Shown piece by piece: positions 44,342 through 45,069 of a stretch of 45,069 nt of DNA; position 1 is the stretch's first letter; the number at the start of each line of letters is the position of its first letter. The stretch lies in sequence record PZ334583.1; one strand, 5' to 3'. The position numbers and the translations under genes are program-made. The notes under the pieces were generated by a model. It saw only the letters and a program-made list of their open reading frames with translations. It ran no database searches and had not been told where the DNA came from. This DNA is from a phage.

Positions 44342-44624
44342 ACATGCAGCTACAGAGGATGAGGTTGGCATTCTGCATGGTGCTATTACCAAAATCTTCA
44401 ATAAGAAAGCACAGGCAATACTGGACACTATAGAAGAAGACCCTGATGCAGCATTACATTTAGTGCCTGGTAAGGACATTGGTGCAATGTGTAAGTGGGT
44501 TCTTGATAACGGCATTACCGCCACACCTGCTGCACAGCAGGAAGAGTCCAAGTTATCTAAGCGCCTCAAGGCTATCCGAGAGGCATCCAGTGGCAAGATT
44601 ATTCAGTTTACAAAAGAGGAGTGA
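44325..44624 (+). CDS. Putative terminase small subunit (gp18-like)
   Basis: about 99 aa from GTG 44325 (RBS GGAGGG 44313..44318); immediately upstream of terL as in T7; contains a promoter-like sequence. Confidence 0.5.
   Translation: MSVHNKHAATEDEVGILHGAITKIFNKKAQAILDTIEEDPDAALHLVPGKDIGAMCKWVLDNGITATPAAQQEESKLSKRLKAIREASSGKIIQFTKEE
44416..44438 (+). promoter_or_regulatory. Near-consensus phage promoter embedded in the small-terminase coding sequence
   Basis: caatactggacactatagaagaa; would drive the HNH gene and terL. Confidence 0.6.
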
Positions 44625-44625
44625 T

Positions 44626-45069
44626 ATGCATAGATGGTGTGAATCTCAAGGTTATACCATCTTACCTTCTGGTGTCATCCTTTCAAAGGGTGGCACCCCT
44701 CTCAAACCATTCAAGGCGGGTAGGGGTTATTTAGCAGTTAAAATTAAAAATAAAGAAGGTAAATGGCGTAATGTCTATGTTCATCAATTAGTGGCTTATA
44801 AGTATTTACCTAAAACTAATAATGAAGTAAACCACAAAGACGGCGATAAGCACAACAATGATGTTAGCAACTTGGAGTGGGTAACAAGAAGCGAGAATAA
44901 CTATTTAAAATGCAATGGAAATGATAGGAGTGCCTTAAATAGCTATTTAGCAAGATTAAAAGATTGCTTCTTGCAAGGTAAGGGTGTAGCAGAAACCGCT
45001 AGACTTACTGGTAAAAGTGAACCAAGAGTTTCTTCTCTCTTTAAGGAGTGGCGAAATGGCAAAGGCTAG
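44626..45069 (+). CDS. HNH homing-type endonuclease, paralog 2, inserted between the terminase subunit genes
   Basis: 147 aa from ATG 44626 (RBS AGAGGAG); HNH motif EVNHKDGDKHNNDVSNLEW; paralogous to 16601..17089; stop TAG at 45067..45069 overlaps the terL start. Confidence 0.8.
   Translation: MHRWCESQGYTILPSGVILSKGGTPLKPFKAGRGYLAVKIKNKEGKWRNVYVHQLVAYKYLPKTNNEVNHKDGDKHNNDVSNLEWVTRSENNYLKCNGNDRSALNSYLARLKDCFLQGKGVAETARLTGKSEPRVSSLFKEWRNGKG

Noticed and set aside
1-45069. Temperate-phage or defence-island content (integrase, repressor, tRNA, CRISPR array, restriction-modification)
   Set aside because: None found: no tyrosine or serine recombinase-like ORF, no repeat-spacer array, no obvious tRNA cloverleaf candidates near promoters; gene content is that of a strictly lytic T7-supergroup phage.

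Overview
The window appears to be a complete, circularly permuted genome (about 45,055 bp unique; the last 14 nt repeat the first 14 nt) of a lytic T7-supergroup podovirus of the SP6/K1-5 type. This identification rests on gene content, gene order and the promoter consensus as I recognise them; no database search was run. All supported genes are on the + strand. Starting at the large terminase, the order is: a late promoter, two paralogous small proteins, an M15 peptidase endolysin, a putative spanin cluster, two tailspikes that each end in a self-cleaving chaperone domain, a non-coding terminal region (CTTAGTG heptamer arrays, a (TA)8 tract, an A15 run, a GC-rich block), host-type early promoters, early genes including a clear Ocr (T7 gene 0.3) homolog, the single-subunit RNA polymerase, a terminator/promoter/AT-rich block that looks like a replication origin, primase-helicase, an HNH endonuclease, DNA polymerase, a putative SSB, exonuclease, endonuclease VII, phosphoesterase, ligase, a GNAT acetyltransferase, then the structural module (portal, scaffold, capsid, tail tubular A/B, three internal virion proteins, tail-fibre adaptor), holin, small terminase and a second HNH endonuclease wedged against the large terminase start. 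There are 13 copies of a phage promoter (consensus ATTTAC(T/C)GGACACTATAGAAG, SP6-like but differing at about -12 to -10) and six copies of a 16-bp perfect palindrome GTCTCACATGTGAGAC. No tRNA, CRISPR array, integrase or minus-strand gene was found. The most interesting signals are the palindrome family, the promoter-associated HNH genes, the origin-like block after the RNAP gene, the anti-restriction early module and the dual chaperone-bearing tailspikes.
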